Part shown: positions 32,986 through 44,941 of the stretch, piece after piece
Layout: each line of letters opens with the position of its first letter
How positions within the stretch are numbered: the first letter of the stretch is position 1
DNA from: Macrostomum lignano
Taxonomy: Eukaryota
Direction: 5' to 3'
DNA length: 64,000 nucleotides
Assembly: GCA_002269645.1 (NCBI GenBank)
Contig: NIVC01002571.1
Span: 1-64,000 of the forward strand
Program-made: the position numbers and the translations under genes
Notes under the pieces: model-generated
What the model was told of the DNA's origin: nothing
The model's input: only the letters and a program-made list of their open reading frames with translations
Databases searched by the model: none

Positions 32986-34125
32986 CCTCGTCGCCAATGT
33001 TCTGTTGTTGAATTAACGAACGCAGAAACAAGATAGATAATTATCCGGGCGCTCAGTGGCACCAAAAGAGGGCTTGGCCAATAGGAGGGCGGCTCGTATA
33101 TTTATGCACGCGGGGAAGGAAAGTTCTAGAAAGACCGGGGAAGGAAACTTCTGGAACTATGCGTAAACAAGTCCGCGGTGGAAGTTTCTAGAAACGCTGT
33201 CCCCGAACTACCCCTACGCATCGCATGCCTTTGCAATACGCAACAATAACTAAATGTAATAAATTACAAAATAAATATAATTTATTACATTTAATCTGAT
33301 CTTCTTTGGTCTCATACTTAACTTTTTTGATTTTACCATATGGGATATCAAATTTTCTATGAATGACTGCTCTTTTTACTTTGATGTTTTGCAAACCTAG
33401 TTTTATTACTCTCAAGTTGCATATGATATTTTTATACAAGAGTGAAAGACTGGCTTTTTGGTATAGGCCTAGTTATGATAGATCTTTTAAAGACAATGAT
33501 TAATTCATTAAATATTTGCTGCCAATGAATATTATAACTTTAGAAAATTAGGACTAATTGTACCCATAAAAGGTGCTTTATCCTTATATGATAAAAATAA
33601 GTCTAGGCTAAAATTTTGATAGAAAATAGTAAAACAGACTGATGGGAATATTTTATGCAAAAATACCATCAAATGCTTTATAGTACCATTGACTCCTTAC
33701 ACTATTATCTAGTCAATTTCGACAATCAGTTTGAAAAGAACAGGACAAAAAACAAAAAAGACTTTTTAATATATCCAAATATTGAAAGATCAAAATATTT
33801 AAACATTGAAAAAGTTAAGGTAAACTGTTAAATTAGTTCCAAGAAACAAGACTGGCTAACTAAGGATATATAGATAGGATCTAACAGAAATTCTCCTATC
33901 TAATAAACCTATGCCATCATGGTATTGCCATGGTCTTACAATTACAACTCTTAGATACAGTAAAAAGAATTACATTGTTTTTTATGTGTCCCTGTAGTGT
34001 AGCCGAATTGAATATATACTAAATTTCAAATGATATTACATATTTGTTGCAGTTTGCAGCCCCAATTAAACCAAGGAAGTAACACCTAAGATGAGGTACG
34101 TAACACCTACTGACCTACAAAGTTG

Positions 34126-34622
34126 GGTAATCTTTCCTTACCCGACCGTAAATTATTTTCGGCTTCCTGTTTCAGTTTCTTTTAATTTTTTTGGCTGAAG
34201 TTGTGTATATATGTGGGGCGCACATTTTAAGAAAAGAAAAAAATGTTTTTAATTTTAGATTTTCCGAACCATGCCACTGTCAACCACTCCCTCAACTTCG
34301 TCAACCCTGCGGACCCAACTGTGCACACCCAGAACATCGAGGGAACGTGGGGTCATGTCAAGGCCAAGCTAAGATGGATGCGTGGCACGTCGGGCGCACT
34401 CTTTGACACTTACCTCCAGGAGTTTATCTGGAGGCGCCATTGGGGAGGAGAGCATCATTTTGAAAATTTCATTTACTGGGTCCGGCACTACTACCCATGC
34501 TGACTTTTACCCATGCTGACTTTTAGCTTTTACCGTAAGTCCATAAAAATATTTACATTTTAAATATAAAAAATTCGAAAAAACTTAGAAAATAATTTAC
34601 GGTCGGGTAAGGAAAGATTACC
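34126..34622 (+). mobile_element. Merlin (IS1016/ISXO2-like) DNA transposon, internally deleted derivative
   Basis: Perfect 35-bp TIRs GGTAATCTTTCCTTACCCGACCGTAAATTATTTTC, 8-bp TSD CAAAGTTG; 34260-34503 encodes HATVNHSLNFVNP...HTQNIEGTWGHVK...YLQEFIWR, the ISXO2-type transposase C-terminus. Confidence 0.9.
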
Positions 34623-35547
34623 CAAAGTTGTGCCATTGTGCTTGAGGGTGGTTGAGTAAACTGAGCGAGCGAATAAAGAGCAACAACACATGTGGCATAA
34701 AAACACTGCCATTTAAACTATTTAGCTTTTCCTACTGGCTCCAATTTCACATATAAGATTGTGATTGTGATAAATAAATGCTCAGCTTCTCTATTGAGCG
34801 ATGGCTTATGAGGACCAAGATTCGAAAATTAAGAGAATTGTGATGAATAGAATATCGCCATGTGACAATGTTTACACTAGAAATAAAGTATAAGCAAAAA
34901 ATTCTCTTTTAATGCCCACGCTAAGTAGTAAGACTTTTTCTATAAATATTTTTTTCATCATTGACATAACTTTGAATATTATAACTGTTCTTTTTTTCAT
35001 ATTTGTTTATAATAGGTACGCTTTCATTACAAATTAAAAATTACTTTCTTAGAAGCTCGAGAGTTACTACCGCTACACAAGTTCCCAAAAACATACATAT
35101 AGCAACCAACCACAGCTAAAATTAATCTGAGGAACTCAGCCGCCGGATTACTACGTATTGGCTAATAATAATCCCAACCACATTTATTCTAGGATGAGGA
35201 GTTTAGAATCCTCTGTATTTTAGTAGTGAGTAGGGCCTAAGGTATTGCAATTTTTTTTTCAATAGCCTGTTGCCAGTGTTGCCAGTGTTGTAGACTTGTA
35301 GTTGTACAATTGTGTGACATTTTAACTCACTGCAGTCTGCAAACTTATCCAAACCAGGGGATATAATTTGTAATAGTATATATATATATGTCTAGTTACT
35401 TTAACTTTATTAATTGCATTTATGATATATGAATTTTATTAGACCCAGGCCTAAATTATAAATACTAGGGCCTAAATAGCAAAGCCTGTAGGTCTAATTT
35501 ATCAGAAATCCTTAGTATTACTAGGTTTAGGGCCTAAGATATATATA

Positions 35548-36168
35548 GGGTGCAGCCTATTTTGGCGAAGGAATTTTTGGCAAAAGATGCTTTGACAAAA
35601 AGTGACCAGTTGCAGTTGGTAGTTTAGCAAAAAATGGGCTGCATATATAATATAACACTTTAGTGATTGAAGCTTTTAATAAATTGTTCATTGCTGCCAG
35701 TTATTAGCAGTTAGAAAATTAAAAAACTTATGACTTAGCTCATAGTCATAGCTCTATATTATGTGCATGCAATCTATTGATATGCAGTTGATAGATTAGA
35801 GATGATGACGGTGTTGGTTTTTCAGATTTCCAGTTCCTAAAATCATACTTTGAAATTTCACTGAAATGGAACAGCATCTAAATTCTAATAAAACAATTAA
35901 ATTAAACCGCAACTAAACAAAAAGTAAAAACATGTCACAATAAAATTATATTCTAATCTAATCTAATGACTAATCTAAATTAAATTATAAAATGAAATTA
36001 GCATATCATTTTTAGCTATATTCTAAAACAGCAAAAACTCTACAGCAAAGCTTGGAACAAATCTTTTGCCAAAATGGTCAGCTTTAGACAAAATAGTCAT
36101 TGCAAAAAGTATTTTTTCACCATTATTGACTTTTGCCAAAAATTCTTTTGCAAAAGTGGGTTGTATTA
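35548..36168. mobile_element. Possible old MITE with diverged inverted ends
   Basis: GAATTTTTGGCAAAAG near 35571 and CTTTTGCCAAAAATTC near 36131 are inverted copies; no TSD identified. Confidence 0.35.
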
Positions 36169-38720
36169 TTTTATCGAGTACTTATAGGCACGGGGGCCAT
36201 ATTTAAAATATTTGAGCTTATAGGCATGGCAATAATCATCAATATAAAATGCGTGTTCTATAGGGCTTTCTCACAAGCAATTGGTAGCTTAGTGGATATG
36301 TCAATTTCCTTGTGATTGCATGCAGCAAAAATTCAAATCCCAAGTAGTCAAAGATTTTTTTTTAATTTTTTAGCAAACAGAAATTTTTCTGCCTTGAATT
36401 TTTTTAGGTTTTTAATTAAAATAGAATAAAGAATTAAAATTTATTTTTTAATAACAATAAACTTAATCTTAAAGTGTGGCCGATATGTATCGAAAAAAAA
36501 TATTTCTTTTTCATATATAATTGCGGCCAAACTTCAAGATTTTGTGTTACTCTTAAAAATTTAATTTATTTTATTTTAAAAAAATCAAATTAAAAAACTC
36601 CTGAACGACTTTTCAATCAATTGATATTTTTCATCCAATTGATGATTATATACATGGCAGCTATGCCTATATTAAGCTCCAATATTAGAGATACAGCCAC
36701 CCACTGTGCCTCTAAGTGTGAATCCATTCAATATTAACAACATGGCTACCATGCAAGTTTCATTGACACAGCAACTGTGTCTCTAATAGTGACTAGGTCC
36801 ACACTTATAGACAAGTTTTTGCATTATAGACACAGTCGCTGTGTCTCTAAGTGTGGCAATTATTTTAATACTAAGCCTACTAGAACCCATTTTGACTGTG
36901 TATCCTTTTGACCTTTTAATCTTCCTTTATCAATAACAATATCCTTAAAGTTCTATCCCATAGTTAAAAGAAAAGGCATGTATGTAGAATTTTTTAAGGT
37001 ATATTTAAAAAAATTGTTCTATCAAGTAGTATTTCTAATCTAAGTTACTTTTTATATATGATTAAGTCTATTAACTGTTAGGCAAAAAATGATTGTAAAT
37101 TAATTGTTAAATGTTTTAATAGCAATGTATATATTTTAACTTGTTTTTTCTAGATGAATTTATAAATTACAGTTTTTATTGAATATTGCCATTCATAAAA
37201 AAACTTTGTATTTTTGTCCAATTAAATTTTTAAAGTCTTGATTAGTAGAAAATCATACCCTCATATATATATAGCCAAACTGGCCAATTCAGCTAGTTGG
37301 CAAGGGCCTAGCCAAGGTAATTACTAAAATGCCTATCTAAAAATAGATTAGTATTTATTAGATTGGATGATAAGACATTTAGCCCTAATACAATCATAGT
37401 TATTCCTACTATTTATCCAAATCATATTATTTTTGCTGAGGTTTCTTTTATATTATAGATATAAGCATGTATTGCATTTGAAAATTGAATTGCAAGTTGC
37501 TTTTTTAATCAATGGGAGCAATGCTATAAATATATTTAATATTCAATTAACCTTTAAAATTGTTGGTGTTAATAGGGACTTCATTGAGGATCCTGAGTCT
37601 TGAAAAAAAAAATATATATATATGCAAATATATCTATTTTTTAAACAATAAATTTGAAAATTAAGTTTTTTTGTAAATAATATTAAATAATTAAATAAAT
37701 AAATCTAAATTATAAAAAAATAAAATAAAATTAGACTATCAAAGTAATATATGTACAAGAAAATTGCTATGTACAACTAAGCAAAAAGCATTATTTCCTA
37801 TAGTCCTACATTGATTGATATTGTATTGACTATATTAGTTAATAGTATTTTACTTAAATTAGTCAGATTAGTCTATTTAGCTTTTTTGTTTTATTTAGTT
37901 TGATTAAAAAGTATCTAATATTCAAATGTAACACAATAAAAAAACAAAAAAGAAAATGTCCCAAAAGAAAAAAAATATGTATAGGCCCATTTTTATGAAA
38001 GAAAGTCTTGAAAGTATGAAAACTATTATCTATTATTGCCATGATAGCAATCTTTTAAACCATTTATTTTAAGTATTTATATTTATAAAGGTATATTTTA
38101 CATAGAAAAATCTATATATTTACTGGGGATAAGAAATTTTTGCATGCAGTTTAGAAGAGAGATTCTTGTATATATTTTAAGGGACAAAAATTAATGTGCA
38201 GGTATTATTATGCTGTTAGGTATTATACCATTTGCAGTATGGGATCTTTATGTATTTTTTGTAGACAATATCAATAGAATAGACAATTATTGATAAGTAG
38301 AAATATATGTGGAGTGATATCCACTATACAAGTGTACAAGAGGCTAAGTACACTTAAGAAGGCAGGTCCAACTTGGAGTTTAGATTATGTTCAAAAATAT
38401 TTATTGTTTTATTTGTAAGGGCTTATAATCAACCATGAACATTTTTTAAGTCATTTGTAAGTCATAATATATAAGAGAGAAAGCATTAACTATGCTCTAA
38501 ACATACTTTACCCTGCCGAGTTACACAGCATATTCTTAGAAAATTAGTAAGCACCGTGGCATGTCACTGAAATCTGCTTAAAAATTATGCAATCACTTTT
38601 CAGCTGAGCTTGCCACCTGCGCAGTCTGGCCAGTGGCAGCAAACAGCAAGCAGCTCCTTCAAGAAGCAACCAGAAAAGATATAAAAGATTATAAAGAATT
38701 TTTGCTCACACAGTGCAGTC

Positions 38721-40445
38721 ATGGGAGTTGGGTCCAGTCGAGTACCGCTGCCCCCGCCTGGCCAGCCCGCTGGGCCCAGTGCCAGGCAAGGAGGCGGCGG
38801 CCCCAGCGGCTCCCGGCCCCGGATTCATTCGCACGTGTCCATGCAGCCGCCAGATGGAGAGCCGGGTGGCTCCGGGCTTCATCACCACCTGCAGCAATAT
38901 CTGCAGCAGCAGCAGCAGGGCGCCAGCGGCAGCGGCCGGCATCGCAGCCGATCGCTGGACTTTCTATCCGGCCGACCCATCGGCGGCGCCGGTCGCAACA
39001 GCGACGACGAGTTCGACAGCGAAGACGAAGTGGACGACGGCCCGGTGATCGTGTCTGGCGGGCCGCGGCCGCCAAGGCAGCGAGGCGCGGCGGCGGCGGC
39101 AGCGGGGTCGGCCGGTCGGCAGCACCACGCGGCGCTGCTTCGCCAGCACCTCGGCCTGCCGTCCAGCTTCTACAGATCTGACATTCGCTGCCCGGTGTGC
39201 AGCAAGACGGTGCCGCATGATGAAATCGAGGTGCGCTTTTGCGCCCGAGTTAAAGTGCATTTTCGAGACGGGGAAATGTTTCAGTTTTTTAGCACTGAAT
39301 TAGTTCCCAATATCTCACCTTCTGGACTTCCGAATCGCAAATAAAGCAGGCAGTTGCACTTTCTGAATGGATTTCGCAAAGATGCTTTTCTGCGCAGCGC
39401 TAAATGGGGGTTTTGCCATAGACAAATCCGGTCGGGAAAAACCCATTTAGAAAAAAAACACTACAGAGACTGGAACAGCTGGAATTTCGACGGAACTTTG
39501 CTTGCTTGCCGGTTTCCTGTAGCTGTTCATGAATAGAAACAGCTTGATAAACTTGTGAGCGCAGCTCAGGCACAATGCATGCTGGCGTCTTGTGATTCGG
39601 AAGTCCAGAAGCTGAGGTTTTGGGAATTTTTTTTCCTAAAAAACTGAAATTTTCCCATCTCGTTTCGACAGTGCATTTTTCTGCGACATCTGCGTGTCCA
39701 GCGTCTATTTTAAGTACACTGGGTGCCCTTAGTTAAACCTGTCAGGAGTCCCAGTCAGTGGAGTCCCAGTCAGTGAAGTCCCAGTCAGTGAAGTCCCAGT
39801 TAGTGGAGTCCCAGTCAGTGGAGTCCCAGTCAGTGAAGTCACAGTCAGTGGAGTCCCAGTTAGTGGAGTCCCAGTCAGTGGAGTCCCAGTCAGTGAAGTC
39901 ACAGTCAGTGGAGTCCCAGTCAGTGAAGTCACAGTCAGTGGAGTCCCAGTCAGTGAAGTCACAGTCAGTGGAGTCCCAGTCAGTGAAGTCCCAGTCAGTG
40001 AAGTCACAGTCAGTGGAGTCACAGTCAGTGAAGTCCCAGTCAGTGAAGTCCCAGTCAGTGAAGTCCCATTTAATGAAATCAGACAGTAAAGTGCCAAAAG
40101 TACTAACTGAACTTTCACCCTCAGGTGCACCTGGTCGTGTGCCTCACGAAGCCGCGCATCAGCTACAACGAGGACGTCCTGTCCGAGGACAAAGGCGCCG
40201 AGTGCGCCATCTGCCTGGACGACTTGTGCCAGGGTGACACGATCGCCCGCCTGCCCTGCCTCTGCATCTATCACAAAGGGTGAGCGGAGCTTTCCTTTTC
40301 TGATCTGAATTTAATTGTCGGATTTGTTTCATTATTAATAAATATCATTCGCCGTCACTTCTCGCCTTTGCCATCAATGCTTAGCTGTATCGACGAGTGG
40401 TTCAAGCGGAGTCGCAGCTGCCCGGAGCACCCCGGCGACGGCTGA
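38721..40445 (+). CDS. ZNRF2: ZNRF1/ZNRF2-like RING-H2 E3 ubiquitin ligase, 241 aa; exons 38721-39230, 40125-40279, 40385-40445
   Basis: N-terminal MGVGSS myristoylation-type motif; zinc finger CPVCSK...EVHLVVCLTKPRISYNEDVL; RING ECAICLDDLCQGDTIARLPCLCIYHKGCIDEWFKRSRSCPEHP. Phases consistent. Likely co-ortholog of ZNRF1 and ZNRF2. Confidence 0.9.
39744..40068. repeat. Minisatellite, 15-bp unit CAGTCAGTG(G/A)AGTC(C/A)
   Basis: Tandem repetition in ZNRF intron 1. Confidence 0.95.
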
Positions 40446-40647
40446 GGAGCTCGACACCTTCTGTCAGGATTTTCTACCCCGCTTTCATCAGGCCCCGATG
40501 CTCCTGTTGTGATACTTGCTGTGTTCTTCATTGTGTTCGCCATTGTTAAACAGTGGGTTTATTTTCCAAGAAATTTTTTCACTATTGAGTTGTTCATAAT
40601 CGCAACTTCCATTTATTTGTACATTTCTTCTCGAATCAGCACCATTT

Positions 40648-41496
40648 TGACTGACTGACTGACTGACTGACTGACTGACTGACTGACTGACTGACTGACT
40701 GACTGACTGACTGACTGACTGATTGACTGACTGACTGACTGACTGACTGACTGACTGACTGACTGATTGACTGATTGACTGACTGACTGACTGACTGATT
40801 GACTGACTGACTGACTGACTGATTGACTGATTGACTGACTGACTGACTGACTGACTGATTGACTGACTGACTGACTGACTGACTGATTGACTGACTGACT
40901 GACTGACTGACTGACTGACTGATTAACTGACTGACTGACTGACTGACTGACTGACTGACTGATTGACTGACTGATTGACTGACTGACTGACTGATTGACT
41001 GACTGATTGACTGACTGACTGATTGACTGACTGATTAACTGACTGACTGACTGACTGACTGACTGACTGACTGACTGATTGACTGACTGACTGACTGACT
41101 GACTGATTGACTGACTGACTGACTGACTGACTGACTGACTGATTAACTGACTGACTGACTGACTGACTGACTGACTGATTGACTGACTGATTGACTGACT
41201 GACTGACTGATTGACTGACTGATTGACTGACTGACTGATTGACTGACTGATTAACTGACTGACTGACTGACTGACTGATTAACTGACTGACTGACTGACT
41301 GACTGACTGACTGACTGACTGACTGACTGACTGACTGATTGACTGACTGATTGACTGACTGACTGACTGACTGACTGACTGACTGATTGACTGACTGACT
41401 GATTGACTGACTGACTGACTGACTGACTGACTGACTGACTGACTGACTGACTGACTGACTGACTGACTGACTGACTGACTGACTGACTGACTGACT
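40648..41496. repeat. (GACT)n tetranucleotide microsatellite with GATT interruptions, about 850 bp
   Basis: Direct observation. Confidence 0.97.
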
Positions 41497-41941
41497 AATA
41501 CCAAATCATCTCTAGTCTCTGTTTCAACAAGGAAGATAAGTGGCATACCACCCTACATATCTGCTAGCAGGCACTTTACACATTTACAAAATGTGACTTA
41601 TGTTTATTTTTGCATACGTTTCCAGTATGCTTCGTGTATATAAATGTAAAGACTACTTTTGTGCCCATATTCTGCCTGTTTTATACTTTTATGAATTGCA
41701 CACAAGAGTTCACCCCACCGTTATTGCTGCCCTAATGCTTATCCTTAACTTTCTTCTGTTGCTGTCTTATGCCTGACAGGCACTCGCTTAACAGTATGGT
41801 TACTGGCTATGCAACCCGAGTTCAGAGTTGAGTTTTGAATCAAACTAAATTTTGAGAATTGTGTTTTAGCCTATTTATAGCTTAAATATATTGATTTTTA
41901 CACATAGGATCGCACATTTTGTTTTTTAGTTTCGCCACCCG

Positions 41942-42397
41942 CCCCAGTGTGGCACACCCCTGACCAGCCCCGCCCGCCCCAATCAGTGTGGCACACCCCT
42001 GACCAGCCCCGCCCGCCCCAATCAGTGTGGCACACCCCTGACCAGCCCCGCCCACCCCAATCAGTGTGCCCACACCCCTGACCAGCCCCGCCCGCCCCAA
42101 TCAGTGCGCACACCCCTGACCAGCCCCGCCCGCCCCAATCAGTGCGCACACCCCTGACCAGCCCCGCCCGCCCCAATCAGTGTGCGCACACCCCTGACCA
42201 GCCCCGCCCGCCCATCCCAATCAGTGTGCGCACACCCCTGACCAGCCCCGCCCGCCCATCCCAATCAGTGTGCGCACACCCCTGACCAGCCCCGCCCGCC
42301 CATCCCAATCAGTGTGCGCACACCCCTGACCAGCCCCGCCCGCCCATCCCAATCAGTGTGCGCACACCCCTGACCAGCCCCGCCCACCCCAATCAGT
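41942..42397. repeat. Minisatellite, 38-44 bp unit CCAATCAGTGTGCGCACACCCCTGACCAGCCCCGCCCGCC
   Basis: About 11 copies with unit length changing along the array. Confidence 0.93.
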
Positions 42398-42987
42398 AAA
42401 AACACGGCGCAGATTTGAATCCTGTTCACACTTACTACACCATTTACTAATCTTTCCCGTTGCGTACACGGTTGTTATTTTTCTTGTTGTGTCGTTGCTA
42501 TTCAATCAATGCTGTTCGGCGCATCTTGCTGGAATTGCTACACTTAACAAGAGTAATGATACTACAACTAATATATTAGATATTCTGTTTGATTGCTTCA
42601 TTTTTTCATTTATACATTTCTCCTTTTGGCTACTTTGCTTGCCTAAAAATCCTGCTTCTGATTTTACATCGCCGATACTAGCGACATCGAGCTCTTTAAT
42701 TTCGTTTCTTTTTTCGCCATTAGCGAAGTTAAGAATTATTGGTCGGGGTTAGTTCGTATCTTGTGTCGTGCTGCTGCCACACCTGACCTCCAAAGCAGGT
42801 CAGGCAATTTAGGCAAAAGTACACTCATTTATCTCACTGATGACATTGATCGAAATGTCACTTCACGTTAATGTCCTCTGATTAATGACCGGTCATTTAC
42901 TGTAAGACAAACGGCAATTTTAATTTAAAGGGCAAACCAGACAAACGAAGCAACAATTTGTTTTAAATTAATTATGGTAAATTCCTA

Positions 42988-43967
42988 TCAAGCCATATTA
43001 AGCTCCATATCATTAGCTGTCTTATTTATCAAACGAATTTGCATTCGGAGAAGGTTGTTAAAGCTAAACTTCGCCGTCGCCAGATTTTCCTGATTAACGC
43101 CGGTGATGTGCATGTTTGACACCACATTGACATCCAGCTCACTGGTTCCATAATCGCTTGGTCCTACTCGTACGTGTCCGGCCTGGTCACCTTTAACTTC
43201 TTCTTTAGTTTGCAGTGCCAATGCCGACGTCACAGCATAGCTGCTCGCTTGCAGAGATCGGTCCCGACGTTTTGTAAGGTACCTGCGTGCCGTTCGTTCA
43301 GATGTCTGGCCGGTGATGGACATAATGTCAGCCATGCTATGTCCCGCGGCCTCTAGATCCGTAATCCTGGTGACCCTAAGAAAATATTATCAATGCACGA
43401 TGATTACATTACTAATGCATGTTGTTTAAAAGTTTTCTCTCAGATAAATTAAAGATCTAAGATCTGTTATTTTCGAGATCAAAAAAATTAGTCGTACTAC
43501 CTGATGCAATGGTTGGAATACATCTTTGATAGCCCAGCCTTCTCGCTCAAGTTATGCATGAATCGAACAAGATTGTTGACACCGCGATTCTGCTTCGTTG
43601 AATACGTAGGACTTCCGTTCGCAGAGTTTGCCAGTGGCCGTGGAAATAGGTGGTTATTCTTGGTTTCAACTGGTAGAAGGTCTAGATACCGTCGTACCTT
43701 TTCAGTATCGTAAATTCTTGCCTGCTTGTTGTCGGGTTTTGTTTTACTCCTCACTGGATCCGCGGACTTATTCTTAGACGGAAGGGGCGGGAGACAGTAG
43801 AACTCCTTACCATCAGAGTCAGTGTGCAGCTCCAATGCATCTCGTCATGTCAGATGCGGCAGGTGCTCTTGGCCTCTTTCGCCCAAGCAATAAAGGACAT
43901 AAAACAGAAATTTGTCCTGCTCTGCCACTGCCGTACCTCCCTCGAAGTAGCATGCAAGCTTTTGCAT
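42988..43967 (-). pseudogene. Degenerate Crypton/DUF3504-type tyrosine recombinase; exons 43967-43501 and 43375-42988
   Basis: MQKLACYF...LFYVLYCLGERGQEHLPHLT*RDALELHTDSDGKEFY...LFPRP...GVNNLVRFMHNLSEKAGLSKMYSNHCIR|VTRITDLEAAGHSMADIMSITGQTSERTARRY. In-frame TGA at 43847-43845; 125-bp GT-AG phase-2 intron; frameshifted remnants upstream to about 44060. Confidence 0.75.
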
Positions 43968-44124
43968 ATCATCAGTCTCCAATTTCGATGTCTATGGCCT
44001 CCAATTTCGGCCATAGACAACTGCTTCACCAATGTTATCTACGGTACTGGCCATTGACATGAAGTGTACGCATCGATATTTTCTTTCCCGCCTTTTCACC
44101 CATAGACAATTCAATCAATGCAGC

Positions 44125-44211
44125 TAATATGAAGCACGAATTCAAGTTAATGGCTCGCGCACTTGCGCTTGCGCGCCCTTGGCCATTAATTTGAATTCGT
44201 GCTTCATATTA
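44125..44211. other. 30-bp-stem inverted repeat (hairpin)
   Basis: TAATATGAAGCACGAATTCAAGTTAATGGC pairs with GCCATTAATTTGAATTCGTGCTTCATATTA with one G-T mismatch; 27-nt GC-rich loop. Confidence 0.85.
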
Positions 44212-44544
44212 ACCTACCATTATTCATTATTAGTCATTATCTAGAGTAGCAGATAAAAGTTAGCTGCGTTTTATAATAAGACAAAATGGTAGTAAATATA
44301 TTGTATTTTTGACGTATATTTAATTGTGTATTGTTTCTTTAACAAGACAAGCGGATTAAAGCCGGTGTCAGCTTTGATATGATTACTAGCACTTATAAAA
44401 TCAAATGGCAGAACTACGACCGACACCGTTTAAAAAAACTAACAACTACATACGCAGTGCGTGCATGCCGGGACCAAGCATTGGTAATTAAGTAATTAAC
44501 AGTCCGAAGTCTATTGGTCCTTGGTTCGAATGTCTACATGCACC

Positions 44545-44930
44545 CAGTCTATATGGCTCGGACATCTACCTCCGATCTTTGGCTCAGACATTTACCTCTG
44601 GTCTATAGCTCGGACATCTATGTCTATAGCTCGGAAATCTACCCCATCTCTATAGTTCGGATATCTATCCCATGTCTATAGCTCGGACATCTACCCCATC
44701 TCTATAGTTCGGACATCTATCCCATGTCTATAGCTCGGACATCTACCCGTGGTATAGCTCGGACATCTACCCCTGGTATAGCTCGGACATTTACCCCGGT
44801 CTATAGCTCGGACATCTACCCTATGTCTATAGCTCGGACATCTACCCCTGGTCTATAGCTCGGACATCTACCCCATGTCTATACCTCGGACATCTACCCC
44901 TGGTCTATAGCTCGGACATCTACCCCTAGT
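44545..44930. repeat. Degenerate minisatellite, about 26-bp unit TCTATAGCTCGGACATCTACCCC
   Basis: Tandem repetition immediately 3' of the mARC stop codon. Confidence 0.88.
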
Positions 44931-44941
44931 CTTTCTGTCCC

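Larger units (their letters stand above)
28729..33245 (-). mobile_element. Full-length Ty3/gypsy LTR retrotransposon, Mag-like lineage
   Basis: LTRs 28729-28975 and 32998-33245 (TG...CA, 247/248 bp, about 3 differences), 5-bp TSD ATAAC on both sides, PBS TGGCGACGAGG next to the 5' LTR, PPT GAAGGAGGGGAAGAA next to the 3' LTR. Confidence 0.95.
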
